Source of the DNA: an uncultured Methanomicrobiaceae archaeon
GTDB lineage: Archaea; Halobacteriota; Methanomicrobia; Methanomicrobiales; Methanoculleaceae
Direction: 5' to 3'
Length of the DNA stretch: 64,000 nt
Assembly (NCBI GenBank): GCA_963826525.1
Contig: CAWGXH010000004.1
Coordinates: forward strand, 1,504,001-1,568,000
Of this stretch, positions 22,736-34,652 are shown piece by piece. The stretch's first letter is position 1. Each line of letters opens with the position of its first letter. The notes beneath the pieces are model-generated. The model was not told where the DNA came from. It saw nothing but the letters and a program-made list of their open reading frames with translations, and searched no databases. A program made the translations under genes and the position numbers.

Positions 22736-23947
22736 TCGTTGCGCCGGAGGAACTCCCGGATCGCCCGGGACTCGACCCATCCCTGGTCGAGCTGCCTGAC
22801 GATATCGTTGATTCGCCTCACCTGCGTCTGGATACTCGCGGCGGTCTCCTCGTCGGCCATGAGATCCGCCCTGGCCATGATCACCTGCAGCGGGTGGCGG
22901 ACGTGGTCGCCGAGGATCGCGAACTGCTCCATGTTCTGCTCTATCTGGGCATACGCCTGCCGCCGGATCGCTTCGTGATGTTTCCGATCGGTGATGTCGT
23001 ACATGATGCCGTGGCTCGATACGGCCCTGGCCGGCGGCATCGCAGGCGAACCTGCGGACCGAGTGCATCCAGCGCACTTCGCCGTTCGGCAGGCAGACGC
23101 GGTAGTCCATCACGAAATCCTTCCGGTCACGGATACTCCGCTCGAGCTCCGCGAGGACGTGTTCGCGGTCTTCGGGATGCAGCCGGTCAACCAGAGCGGC
23201 GTGGCCTGGTTCGACGCTCCCGGGTGCATATCCCAGCAGCTCGAACTGCCGGGGGTTCCACTCCGACCTGTCGTTCTCGAGATCCCAGAACGATACCCCG
23301 GCCTGTATGGCGTCCAGTGCCAGTGCCAGCTTGTCACGGCTTCTGCGCAGTTCACGTTCAGCCATTTTGCGCTCGGTAATATCTGAGAAGACGGCGACAC
23401 CGTACCGGGGAGCGCCTCCCGAGCAGGTGACGGGTGCGGTGCTGACCTCCATGTACCTGGTGGTGCCGTCTGCCCGGAGGAATGCGATCTCTTCATCCGT
23501 GACCCGCTCCCCGGTAGCGATCGACCGGGAGAGAGGCCACTCGTCAGGCCGGTACGGCCGTCCGTCAGGGTGAAACCCGATATCTCCGAATCGCTCCTGC
23601 GCTTCGTCGGCGGGGAGGTAATGACGCCGCAGGATGCGGTTTACCTGTTTATTGCCGAGGACAAACTCCCCGGACGGCGCTTCGACGATAAGCACACCGG
23701 CCGGCATCTGGTCGATCACCGCCCGGAGCATGCCACGCTCGGTCTCGACCTCATCCACGAGACGCTCGCACTCCCGCTCGGCTTTGTGGGCACGCTCTTT
23801 AAGTGCATCTGCACATTCTTCGAGTGCGTTGATCCGGCCTACAAGAGTATCGATGAGGCGGCGATCGGCAGGATCAGCCCGTTCCCGGAGTTTCTGCAGG
23901 GCTGCATGTGCCTGTTCATCTGCGTGCGTATCGGCGGACCCGTTCAT
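22726..23947 (-). CDS. PAS-PAS protein with C-terminal HisKA-like helical domain and no HATPase; frameshift at ~23050
   Basis: Two PAS/PAC units, then QIEQNMEQFAILGDHVRHPLQVI...GWVESRAIREFL-stop. Confidence 0.75.
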
Positions 23948-24072
23948 GCATATACCTCGTGTATCCCTTGTTCTTCACCGTCGGCCCTCATGGCCTTTCT
24001 GCTTCGGGTACAGTGCCCTTCGCTCAGGCATGATCCGCCTTCCGAAGCGTGAATTTGAACGCCGCTCCTTCA

Positions 24073-26405
24073 TCAGGAGAGCCCGGCACCCGGTCGTCGA
24101 CCCAGACCCTCCCGCCGTAGCGTTCGACCAGTGTTCGGACGATGAAAAGCCCGAGCCCCTCTCCGCTTCCCTCGGGCCATGCCCCGTTCGAACCGGTGGA
24201 AGAGTTTCGCCTTCACCTCGTCCGGCACGCCCGGGCCGGTGTCTTCGACCGAGACCAGCACCTCGCCGTCCCGCTCCTCGACCCGGACGGTGATTTCGAC
24301 GTCGGGACCGCCGAACTTCACGGCGTTGCCGATGAGGTTCGTGAAGACGGTCGGGAGGAGGCCGTCTGCCAGCACCTCGACCGGAGGATCGATCGTACCG
24401 GATCGATGCATCGGGGAAGGCTTCGATCTCACTTCGGATGACGGCATCGAGGTTCACCGGCACCAGGATGACCGGATTCCTGCTGTGCCCGCCGGATGGT
24501 GGCGACGTTCCGGAGGATCTCACTGCTCCGGTCGATGCTGTCGTGCAGTTTCTCTGCATAGGTCTTCAGGTCTCCTTCCGCCAGGTCGGCCAGGAGATCG
24601 GCGTACATGCTCGAGACGTTGTTCGCGTTCCGGACATCGTGCGTCATGATGTCGACGTACATGTTCGCCTCGTCGCGTGCCGCCTCAACCTCCTGACTCT
24701 TCCTGATAAGGTCGTCGGTGCGGCGCCGGAGCGCTTCTTCCGCCTCTTTGCGCCTGGAAATGTCACGCATCACCAGCATTGAGGCAGGTTTGCCTTTGTA
24801 CCTGATCTGCACTTGGGAGTTCTCTACATCTGCTCTCTGCCCGTCCAGGCGGATGATCTCGACCTCCACGGGCGAAACGCTCTCCTTTGCCAGGCTCTCT
24901 CGAGACCGTGCATCGATGAGTGCGTGGTACTCGGGGTGGACGAGGTCGAAGATGGTTTTGCCGGCGAAGTCCTCCGGCGACGATGCGCGGAAGAGACGAA
25001 CCGCTGCCGGGTTTGCGTAGATGTAGTCCTCGTCCTGCTGGAGCAGAATTGCCTCCGGGGAGAGTTCGACCAGAATGCGGTAGCGCTCTTCGCTCTCTTT
25101 TAAGGCTATCTTCCGCCCTCTTCCGGTCCGTATCATCGTACATATAGGCACGTGTTCCAACGAGTTCTCCGGTATCGTCAAAGATGCCTGTCAGGTTCGC
25201 AACGATATTGACCAGCCGGCCGTCCCGGCGGCGCAGGGTCATTGTGTGATGGTAGAGTGTTCTCTCCTGCCGGAGCCGGCTTAGGAGATCGGCTCTCTCC
25301 TGGGGGTCCGGGTAGAGCAACGCGATGTTGCTCTCGAGAGCCTCGTTCAGGGATGTAAACCCGAAGATTGCGAGAAATGCAGGGTTACAGGCCTGAATCC
25401 GCCCGTCGACAGAGACCTGGCTGTCGCCGGTGAGGTCGTCCCAGAAGAACCGGGCGTACTTCTCCTCGCTCTCCCGCAGGTCCTCTTCCGCCCGCTTGCG
25501 TTCGGTGATATCCTGGGTTATCCCGAAACCTCCGAGCAGCCCGCCGGCATCGTCGAACTCCAGGTAGGCCTTCTCCCGCACCCATTTTACACGCCCGTCC
25601 ACCAGAATGCGGTGCTCGATGTCGTAGGGCTCGCCAGAGAGTCCCGCCTTCCATCGGGTGTCCACGTACTCCCGGTCATCGGGGTGGACTAAACTCAGGA
25701 ACGTCTCGTAGGTTAGCGGTGTCCCTCGTGGCACTCCGAATATGCGGTGATTCTCGTCCGACCATGTCAGGACGTTCCGGTCGATATCCAGCCGCCAGCT
25801 TCCAATCTGGCCGACGGTCTGTGCCCGGTCAAGATCTTTCCGGCTCTCCCGCAGTGCCTCTTCCGCCTGCTTCCGCTTGGTGATATCGGTGGCGACGACC
25901 CGGAGCCGGGGCGTATCGCCGCCTGCGACGCTCTTCCCCTCGAGCAGCACCAAGGCGGGTTCGCCCTCCGCCCGCTTCAGCCGGACGTCGCAGGCCTCTT
26001 TCATATCCGAGGTCATCGCCCGGGCAAGGAACTCGTTGAACTGTTTGAGACTCTCCCGTTCGAGGAAGAACTCGAATCGCGCTCCGATCAGCCGCCCGCG
26101 TACCCTGCCGAGCAGCGACGCCCCGGCGAAGTTCGTCTCCAGGATCTCGCCGTTCAGATCCAGCGTGAAATACCCGATCGGCGCGAACTCGTAGAGGTCG
26201 CGGTACTTCTCTTCGGAGGCCTGCAGATCGCGCTGCAGATCCTGCAGCGCCTCGTTCTGGAGCTCGAGCTCGACCTGGTGCACCTCGAGCTCGTGATAGA
26301 GTCTCCGCACGTCCTGCTCGGGGAGGTCTCCGGCGTGTCCTTTCTTCCGCACCTCGTCCTCGGCGCGTCGCCGGAGGTCTGGGTCTGACGATCTCTCCGG
26401 CATGG
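24073..26405 (-). CDS. Multi-PAS sensor histidine kinase (CheB/CheR-fusion partner type); several frameshifts
   Basis: YHELEVHQVELELQNEAL N-terminus, four PAS, MTHDVRNANN H-box, NAVKF/DTGPG; split over four ORFs. Confidence 0.8.
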
Positions 26406-26413
26406 TGATCAGT

Positions 26414-26826
26414 TCACTCGGGTGCGGTTTCCTCATGTGTTCCACCGGCCTCTGCTTCCGGACGGCCGGTGACGTCCTTGATGGCGAGCGGGATCAGGTT
26501 GGGCCGGTTGCGAAGGGGATCCGCCGGCATATGCGTGAAGAACTGTTCGAGCGCCTGCAGCCCTCCCGACGATGCCCCGATCCCGACGATGCCCCGATCC
26601 CGACGATGCCCCGATCCCGACGATGCCCCGATCCCGACGATGCCCCGATCCCGACGATGCCCCGATCCCGACGATGCCCCGATCCCGACGATGCCCCGAT
26701 CCCGACGATGCCCCGATCCCGACGATGCCCCGATCCCGACGATGCCCCGATCCCGACGATGCCGATGACTTCGCTCGATCGACCTCCGGATTCGTGTGTG
26801 TTCCTGGTCTCTGTATTCTGCGTCAT
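26414..26826 (-). pseudogene. Internally deleted CheB/CheR-PAS fusion remnant
   Basis: CheB start IVGIGASSGGLQALEQFFTHMPAD joined directly to C-terminal LIPLAIKDVT. Confidence 0.7.
26565..26763. repeat. Perfect 17-bp tandem repeat, 11 units + 12 bp
   Basis: (CCCGACGATGCCCCGAT)n with no spacers. Confidence 0.97.
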
Positions 26827-27133
26827 GGGTCGTTTCCCGAAAAATTTTGCCGAAGGTTTCCATCTCCCCTTGCCGTGCACCACCGCCGGTGGAAGGGAGG
26901 TGCCGGGTTGGTATATTAATCTAGAGTGGGTGGGCGATGCTTCTTTAACTCTTCGTTCGCACCACACCTCTCCTCCGAGATGCGTTCTCTGGGAGAAAAA
27001 CTCTGCAGGACGGCCTGCGTAGGGGAACAGAGCGTTTCGAGGGACAGGTTTGCGTTTTCCCCCGACGCTTTCGCTGCACACGGAAAATGCGCCCCTCGTG
27101 GGGGCGGCAAAAGAATGTTCGCAGAATAGCCTT

Positions 27134-27296
27134 CTTTCAGGACGAAAGAGAGGGGTGTTCCCTCCCTCACCCGAGCGCCGGCATGCCGTCCGCCCAGGTC
27201 TCGACCGTGGTGCGGATAGCGTCGTCCTGGTAGGACGTGACATACGTAGATCTCGCCGGACGGGTCGTGGCACGTGAGCCGGCACGAGTAGGTTGC
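27134..27296 (-). pseudogene. 3' fragment plus terminator of a second copy of the 42567-43070 gene
   Basis: Near-identical to 42537-42720 (TCACCCGAGCGCCGGCATGCCGTCCGCCCAGGTCTCGACCGTGGTGCGGATAGCG); encodes CHDPSGEIY. Confidence 0.85.
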
Positions 27297-27398
27297 CCAC
27301 CGTGTCACTTGGTGCCCGTGCAGAGAGCGGGCCTGTGTTGGAGAAGGGATCTGCCGGTGCTCGAAAACTATGCAGCCTACCAATGCCCATAGGCATCT

Positions 27399-30300
27399 TC
27401 AACGTCGTCTTGGATCACGCAGCCTCTTCTCCGGGAATTGCATCACGAACACCATACCATCCTCCGAATCGATCGCCAGCGTTCCTTTCAGCTGAGATGT
27501 GACCAGCCGTTTGACCAGTTTCAGGCCGAGTGAACTCGCTGAATCACTGTCATAGTTGTGAGGGAGCCCTCTGCCGTCATCCCCGACAATGAGCGTGAGC
27601 ATGCCGTTATTGTCCCGTGACAGAGCGATACGGATAGTCCCCTCCGATCGGCCGGTGAATGCATACTTGATTGCATTCGTCATCAGTTCGTTGATAATAA
27701 GGCTGCAGGGAATAGCCGTATCGAGGTCCAGGGAGAGATCCTCAATCTCTGTGTCAAGCCGAATATGCGTTGTAGTGCTCTCGGAGTAAAGAAGATTGGT
27801 AGCAAGGTTTTGGATGTGTTCACGGGCATTGATGCGGGCGAGATTGCTGGACTGATAGAGGCTCTCGTGCACCATTGCCATGGCCATAATCCGGTTTTCG
27901 CATTCGCGGAGGTAGTGTATGATTCTCGGATCGCCGATGCACAGGGATTGGAGGTTGAGCAGCCCGGATATGATCTGGAGGTTATTTTTGACGCGATGAT
28001 GGATCTCCATCAGGAGAACCGACTTCTCATCGATTGACGCCTGCAGACTGCGTTTCATAGTTCTTTCGTTCGGTGATGTCGCGTGCCGCCGCAAAGACGC
28101 CGGTGACCTTCCCGTCTTCACTGCGGTAGACGGTTGCATTATAGAGCACCGGGGTCGTATGCCCGTCCCGGTGCCAGATTTCCAGTGGGTAGTCCCGCAC
28201 CCGCCCCTCCGCAAAGACTTTCTGGTATCCAGCCCTCGCCTCTCCGGGATTGGTGAAGTAGTCGGAAAAGTCGGTCCCGATCAGTTCGTTGCGTGTGTAT
28301 CCGGTCACCTGCTCAGTGGCGGTATTCACGTCGGTGATTCTTCCGTCGAGACCGATGGTAACGAGCGGGTCAAGATTGGCCTCGATGAGGCTGCGGTTAT
28401 AGGTATTTGCTGCTTCAAGGGCCTCTTTTGCCCGTTTTTGCTCGGTGATGTCGTTAAAGACCCCTACCGCACCATAGGAGTTGCCATTCTCATCCAACAA
28501 TGGCACGGCGTTGCCGAGCAGGTATCGTATCGTCCCGTCGTCGAAGACCAGATCGAATTCGGACTGATGTAATGGCTGACCGGTGGCGGCGGCTTTTTGC
28601 ACGGGCAATTCTTCCGGCGGCACCTCGGTGCCGTCTTTCAGCACATAGTAATGCGCTGGCCGTTCATCGTCGGGTGCTGATTTTGAGAGATTGCTTCCCG
28701 GCGGCAGGCGAAACAGATCGTAGGTCCAGCGGCTGCCGAATATGAAGCGGCATTCAGGATCGAGCGTGATAAAGACCGTAGCCGGAACCGCCTCCATGAC
28801 CGCCTGCAGTTCCGCCGCCCGCCGCCGTTCCCGCTCCTCGCTCTCCCGGAGCGCCTCTTCCGCCCGCTTGCGTTCGGTGATATCCGTGAACATAGCAAAT
28901 GAGCCGATGACGTTACCGTTTTCATCCCTCTTTGGTGTTGCCGACACCAAAACCCATCGGGCTGTTCCGTTTCTGTGTTTTAAACGGCATTCATACTTGC
29001 CACGATGGCCGTCCTGCCGCTGTGCCTGGAGGGCGGTATGGAGTTCCTTGATATCCTCCTCAAAGAGAAACTCCGGCACTGGCCTACCGACCATCTCATC
29101 AACGCCGTAGCCCAGCATCGCTGCCATCGTGGGATTGACTCGCAGGGTGACGTGCCGGTCATCCTGCTCCCATATTCCCTCACTGGCGGTCTCGACAATC
29201 GTACCGGTAGCTCTCCTCGCTCTTCCGCAGTGCCTCTTCCATTTCTCTCTTTTCTGTTATGTCCAGGAATGTTCCGATTGCTGCCGGTTCGCCGTAGTAC
29301 GTCATTGTAGTGCCGTAAACCTGCAGAACGATCTTCCTGCCCGATGCTGTGATGCCGCGCACCTCGCACTTGAGCGAATCCTCGTTCTTCTTCCCCTCTC
29401 GACGATACTGCTCGTAGAGCGCTGCCAGATCGTCGGGATGCACCCAGGATTCAAAGGATCTTCCGAGCAAGGCGTCCTTATTGGCACCAAGTATCTTCGC
29501 ACCGCGAGGATTGATGTAGTGTATCACCCCGTTCTGGATGAGATAGGTGCCGACAAGTGACTTTTCGACCGGCTTTTTGAACAGCTCATTCATTGTGGTG
29601 CGAATAATGGCAGAGCCGATGATCGTGGCCGCTGCACGCAGGGCATCTATCTCGGTCTGCGTCCATTTCCGCTCGATGGTGCAGTCATCGAACCCTATAA
29701 AACCCCACCAGCGCGAGTCAACGAAAATAGGGAGCACAATGAGTGAAAGGGTGCCCTGCGGTTCGAGATGGGCTCGTTCGCATTTTGGGAAATCCCTGAT
29801 CCGGCCGCAGATCGATTTGCCCGATGAGAGAGTCTCATACCAACGGAACAGATCTCCCTGATAGGGGACGTTCTGCAGTTTGTTTTTCCCTCCTAGGGTG
29901 GAAACTCCCGGTTTTGTCCATTCCCAACGGAAACTGGTGCTGGGGAATCCTGTGCGCGGATCGGTGCGGTTCTCAAAGATGTATGCCCTGCTGGCACCGG
30001 CAGCCTCACCGAGGTTTTGCAGGACTTCGTCAATGCGGTTGTTCCAGGTATCGTCGCTCAAAAAACGTTCTGCTGCGAAGCTCACCGCACGCAATATCGC
30101 ATCGCGCCTGTGCAACGCTTCCTGTGCATGTGTTCGCTCGGTGAGATCCCGAACAATCCCAAAGATTACGTCCTCATCGTCCCAGCGCCCGGTGGAAACA
30201 CGCGTCTCGACCGGCAGTGCCGTACCGTCTCTCTTCATCACCGGGAGCGTACAGAAGTGGCATGTTCCCTGGAGCATATCTTCAAAAATCTGTTTTGCCT

Positions 30301-31309
30301 CATTCTGCAGATCGGGGGGATGCAGATCGGGGAACGTTAAGGCCTGCAACTCAGCGGGTGTATACCCAAGAGTGCTGGCGGCGGCAGGGTTCGTATAGAG
30401 TATCTGTCCCTTTTTGTTGGCAACGAGTATCACGTCATCCAGCCTCTCAAAGAGCGACTGGAGATAATTTTTATATTTGAGGACCGCCTCCTCCGCCGAG
30501 ATCCGTGCGATGACAGCACCGATCATCGGGGAACAGGCTTCGAGATCTGCCCTTCTATTTAGCGGAACCTCTTCAGCGGTGTACGAGCCGATATTGAAAC
30601 AGCCGATAACTCTCCCTTTATTCCGAATCGGAATAATTGCAATCGCTTTGAGATCTTCGGATGCTGCGGGTTCGTGAACCAGAGCCGATACACCTGCACC
30701 GGTTGTATAGATAGGCCTTCCCTGCAGTACGACCTGTACGTGACCGGAATCCGCCGGATACCACGAAGCACGTTTTCGGAAATCTTCCGATAGATTCACT
30801 CCGTGGATGAGATATAGGTTCCCGGAGACAGGATTCCGGAGATAGAGGGCGCCGCAGTTCATGCCGGAGATCGCAAGGGCTGCTTTCACGCAGAGATCTG
30901 CTGCCTCTGCGATCGACGACGTTGCTGCGAGAGCGATGCCAAGCTCCCGCTGGATCGCTTTCCGGCGTTTGGCAGATTTTTTTTCGGAGAGATCTCTGAG
31001 GGTAATGAGATGCGCATTCATTCCATGGAATGGTATTTCTGTTCTGTGCCCTTCGACCCACCGTTCACTTCCGCGCAGATCGGTGAAGCCGAATCGGAGT
31101 TTCCCGGAATCATGGGCCCAGCACGCAGGTTCCGCACATCGAGAGAAGTTTATTCCGACAAGTGCTGCGGGACGGTCCGCTCCGGCGAGGGATGCGGCGG
31201 CAGAATTGGCAAAGAGCACTGCTCCGTCTGGATCAACAATGAAAACAGCATCAGGCATCGCATCGGCGATGCGCTGTAGGATTGTCTCCTGGTCGTCGGT
31301 GTTGCTCAT
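27399..31309 (-). CDS. Large PAS/GAF sensor histidine kinase (HisKA_2 type); frameshifts at ~29190 and ~28050
   Basis: PAS-GAF-PAS-GAF-PAS-PAS-PAS-PAS, then [26 protein letters not shown] and SLGL. Confidence 0.85.
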
Positions 31310-31414
31310 GGGTATCCCGAAAGAACGATTGTATTCCCAGCCTGCGGAGTCGCCCGGTGCAAGGGTGGAGCTGACCTGGCGATCCGCCATGTGTCCCGGT
31401 TACCCTAGGTCACC

Positions 31415-31720
31415 TCAACCGGGTTGGTGCACGCGATACGCAGCATGATGCTTGGAGACAGACTTCCTGATCGTATCCGATTCAAGTGCTCCCCGGTCAA
31501 GCCGGTAAATCACGGCGTTTATCTGTTGCACCTGCTCATGTATCTTTTCTGCGGTTTTCTGATTGCCTGTAACATCTGTCCATCCGAGGAACGCCTGGAG
31601 GGGATGGCAGTTATTGTCTCCGAAGATAGCAAACCGTTTCAGATTCTGTTCAAGTTGGTGCAGCGAGGTCTCATGCCGTGCCTGAGAGCATTCTGTGTGA
31701 TCTTCATGCCTACCTCTCCT
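31415..31720 (-). pseudogene. Degenerate HisKA-like C-terminal domain homologous to 22726-23040
   Basis: QLEQNLKRFAIFGDNNCHPLQ...LDRGALES vs QIEQNMEQFAILGDHVRHPLQ...LDQGWVES. Confidence 0.6.
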
Positions 31721-31985
31721 GCGACGCTGTCGGGAAGGCTCTCCGATCGGGAAAACGGCCTTTCGTTGCATTTCGGCTGTTCCTCCCGGCAACAGATCTC
31801 AACCCTCGCGGCGGCTGGCAGGGAGGTGTTGATCACCCCTCGATTGAGCGTGGAAGTCCATGCACCTGCTGTCATAAGCATACCAGCAAGGTGCGTGCAC
31901 GCGATATAAAGGCAGGGACGTTTTTCAAAAATTGAAGCAGTGGATATATACGTGACGTGCGGGAATAGCACGGCTCCCGGGTGGT

Positions 31986-32747
31986 TCAGAGAGTGCAGTC
32001 ACGGCATACGGAGAGAAGCAGCATCTTCCCGTTCAAGGCGAAGAGGTGTGCATGTACGTCTACCAGGAGTCTGCGTCCTTCTTCTCCGACAAGGATAATT
32101 TCACACGTTGCCGCGCCTCTCTCCAGAAGTTCACATGCCATGGCAGTGCAGTCATCCACGCAGTTCTCATCGCAGATATCCAGAAGAGACAGCTCGAGCA
32201 TCGCCTCGCGTTCGTACCCCAGTTTTTGCAGCGTCGCGTCGTTTACCTCGGTGAACGGTCCGATCACGCCGTCGGAGACTTCGTTTACCAGGATAGCATC
32301 GCTGGCGTTGTCGAAGATTGCCCGGTAGCGTCTCTCGCTTTCAAGAAGCGCCTTCTCCATCCGGTGCCGGATGAGTGCTATCTCGATGAGGCTGAAGACC
32401 TCGCGCGTCCGGTATGGTTTTGTGAGGTAGCCGTACGGAGCGCTCTGCAGTACCCGCCTGAGCACGTCATCGTCGGAACGGGCGGTGAGGTAGATCACGG
32501 GGATGCGAAGGGTGCTGAGGATCTGCTCTGCCACCTCAATGCCGTCCTGGTGCCCGTCGAGCCTGATGTCCATGAGAACAAGGTCCGGATTGATCTGTGG
32601 TATGTCCCGGAGCGCATCCTCTCCGCTTCTGAAGATCGCTGGAATCACATATCCGTGATGCCGCAGAGATTCTTCCAGCGACATCGCGACGATCTCTTCA
32701 TCTTCCACAATGACGATTTTTTTTCCGGGGGTGACGACTGAATTCAT
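31986..32747 (-). CDS. Response regulator (REC + PAS)
   Basis: IVEDE, DLVLMDIRL, YLTA and GYLTKP, followed by a PAS domain. Confidence 0.85.
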   Translation of the reverse strand: MNSVVTPGKKIVIVEDEEIVAMSLEESLRHHGYVIPAIFRSGEDALRDIPQINPDLVLMDIRLDGHQDGIEVAEQILSTLRIPVIYLTARSDDDVLRRVLQSAPYGYLTKPYRTREVFSLIEIALIRHRMEKALLESERRYRAIFDNASDAILVNEVSDGVIGPFTEVNDATLQKLGYEREAMLELSLLDICDENCVDDCTAMACELLERGAATCEIILVGEEGRRLLVDVHAHLFALNGKMLLLSVCRDCTL

Positions 32748-33078
32748 AACTGACTCCGTTGAGGCGGTAAGACGTCCTCTGATGCGTGGAGGAAGCAGTC
32801 CTTTGCACACGAGCGATACGGACACACGCGGCCCCTTTCTTGTGGCCACCCTTTTTCCCTGTGCTGGTGGTGACCCCTTCGAGAGGTATTTGCTCCGTTT
32901 CCCTCTCGAAACGCATCCGCTTCGTACGGCCGCGGAGAAGGTTCGGGCAATGGTCGTATGTATATGCGCATACTTCGGTAATGATTTAAATTGCTTGCTG
33001 TTTTCCTGTTTCTTGTTTCGAACGCTGGAACTGTGCACAAGGTATAACTTGGAGGAGAATCACCCCGCGTTCGACCCG

Positions 33079-33939
33079 CTACTCATTTTCAAAGACATGT
33101 TTGAGGATTGCATGGATCTCCTGTTTCCGGTGATGGATATACTCTTCACCTGCTCGTGTCGCACTATATACCTTGGAACGCCCCTCTGTTCGCGTTTCGA
33201 GATACTCCTTCTTTTCAAGGTCATACAGATAGGAATAGACCCTGGCCATCGGGATGATCACGTGGAACCGTTCATTGATCCCACGCAGAATATCGTATCC
33301 CGATACCGGCCGGGTGAGGTAGGAGAGGATGAGCGGTTCCAGTAACTTTTTAACCACATCTTCAACGACCGTACGATCTGCAACGTCGATACGCGGCGTG
33401 TTGCGTGGTTCCGGCCGGAGGGAAACGACCGTTTCGTTGGCTGTCATGATGGTAATGTGAGGTATTCCCCAGACGATTTCAGAAGTCTCCGCGCTCGTCA
33501 TCGAGCTGGTGTCAAGTGCAAGCAGCACGGATATTGGGACGCCTGCATCCTGCATCTCCAGGATCTGCTGCTTTACTTTCACAATGCTCCGGAAGTCGTC
33601 GATCCTGGAGAAATCAAACACACATCTGGTGCCCTGACCCTCGTTTGTACCGTCGCAGATATGATCGATAACCTGCGGCAGTTCGTCGATCGAATCTCGT
33701 AACTCAAGGACTGAAATTCGTTTGGCAGCGATATCGGACTGCAGGGCAGATCGCAGTTTCGTATGGTAATACGCATACAGGCAGTGCTCGGATTGCCGTA
33801 TTCCCTGATGTATATACTGAGAAAAATAGTGATACTTGTCCACGCCGTTCGAATAGAGAAACAGGCTGACTGTTGGAATATGGTGCGATAGCAGAACTAT
33901 ACTCGTTGCTCTGTCGGTCTCTGGCGTGGTGTTGTTCAT
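33079..33939 (-). CDS. PadR-type wHTH regulator with N-terminal MEDS/KaiC-like sensory domain
   Basis: C-terminal SGYDILRGINERF...RVYSYLYDLEKKEYL...GRSKVYSATRAG; N-terminal FSQYIHQGIRQSEHCLY. Confidence 0.65.
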   Translation of the reverse strand: MNNTTPETDRATSIVLLSHHIPTVSLFLYSNGVDKYHYFSQYIHQGIRQSEHCLYAYYHTKLRSALQSDIAAKRISVLELRDSIDELPQVIDHICDGTNEGQGTRCVFDFSRIDDFRSIVKVKQQILEMQDAGVPISVLLALDTSSMTSAETSEIVWGIPHITIMTANETVVSLRPEPRNTPRIDVADRTVVEDVVKKLLEPLILSYLTRPVSGYDILRGINERFHVIIPMARVYSYLYDLEKKEYLETRTEGRSKVYSATRAGEEYIHHRKQEIHAILKHVFENE

Positions 33940-34160
33940 GGGAGAGTCACCGGTCGAGGTCGCAGGAGTGAATGCAGACCTCAGTTACTGCTGGTCGTTC
34001 GCTACATCAACTTTCGTTCCCCAGTATAAAAATATGGTGAATTAATCGTTCATAATTGGCGCAATTGAGAAAATCTCTTTTATGAGTGGAACATTTTTCC
34101 TTCGAAACGAAAAGAGGCGAACCGAACTGCGGGAAATTTTTATCGTTGCAGGTCGGCCTT

Positions 34161-34652
34161 CTACCGTGTCTCCCGTACGGCTCCGGTGTGGACATTGCGG
34201 TGCGGGTTCTCCGGTGTGAGAGAGGCATGCCTGTCGGGCGGCATCGTCCGCAGATCTGTACTCCCGTTATGGCGGGTAAGTTGAATTTTTAAATGGGTAT
34301 ATCGCGCGGTCAGGATCTGCTTAACGTCGCTTAACATCAGATGTTCCCGATACTCCATCGGGAAGATTGTTGCTTGGGAGCGGATTCTTTTGAGGGCTTC
34401 GCGGTGCTGGCGCCTCGCCGCCCGGGTGTCCCTGGAGACATCTGCGACCTCTGATACCACTGCTGCGATGTCGTTATAGCAGACGGTATAGACCGGCTTT
34501 CTATCGACACCGATATTTCCAAAGTCTCTGTGCTGCCGTGATGCTACGATCCCGTAGAAATAGACGCCGGAACGGTTCTTCTTGTTTGGTTTGCTCGCTT
34601 CATACGTCGTACTACCGGATTGCGCCATACCTGTCATCATAGCTGTTGACAC
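34161..34652 (-). pseudogene. GvpF/GvpL-like protein, N-terminal half
   Basis: YFYGIV...GNIGVD.KPVYTVCYNDIAAVVS...H.EALKRI...TIFPM pattern; truncated. Confidence 0.55.

Noticed and set aside
26565-26763. Possible CRISPR array
   Set aside because: Head-to-tail identical 17-mers with no spacers, and no cas genes in the window
34161-34652. Gas vesicle operon
   Set aside because: Only one truncated GvpF/L-like gene; no gvpA/J/K/N in the window
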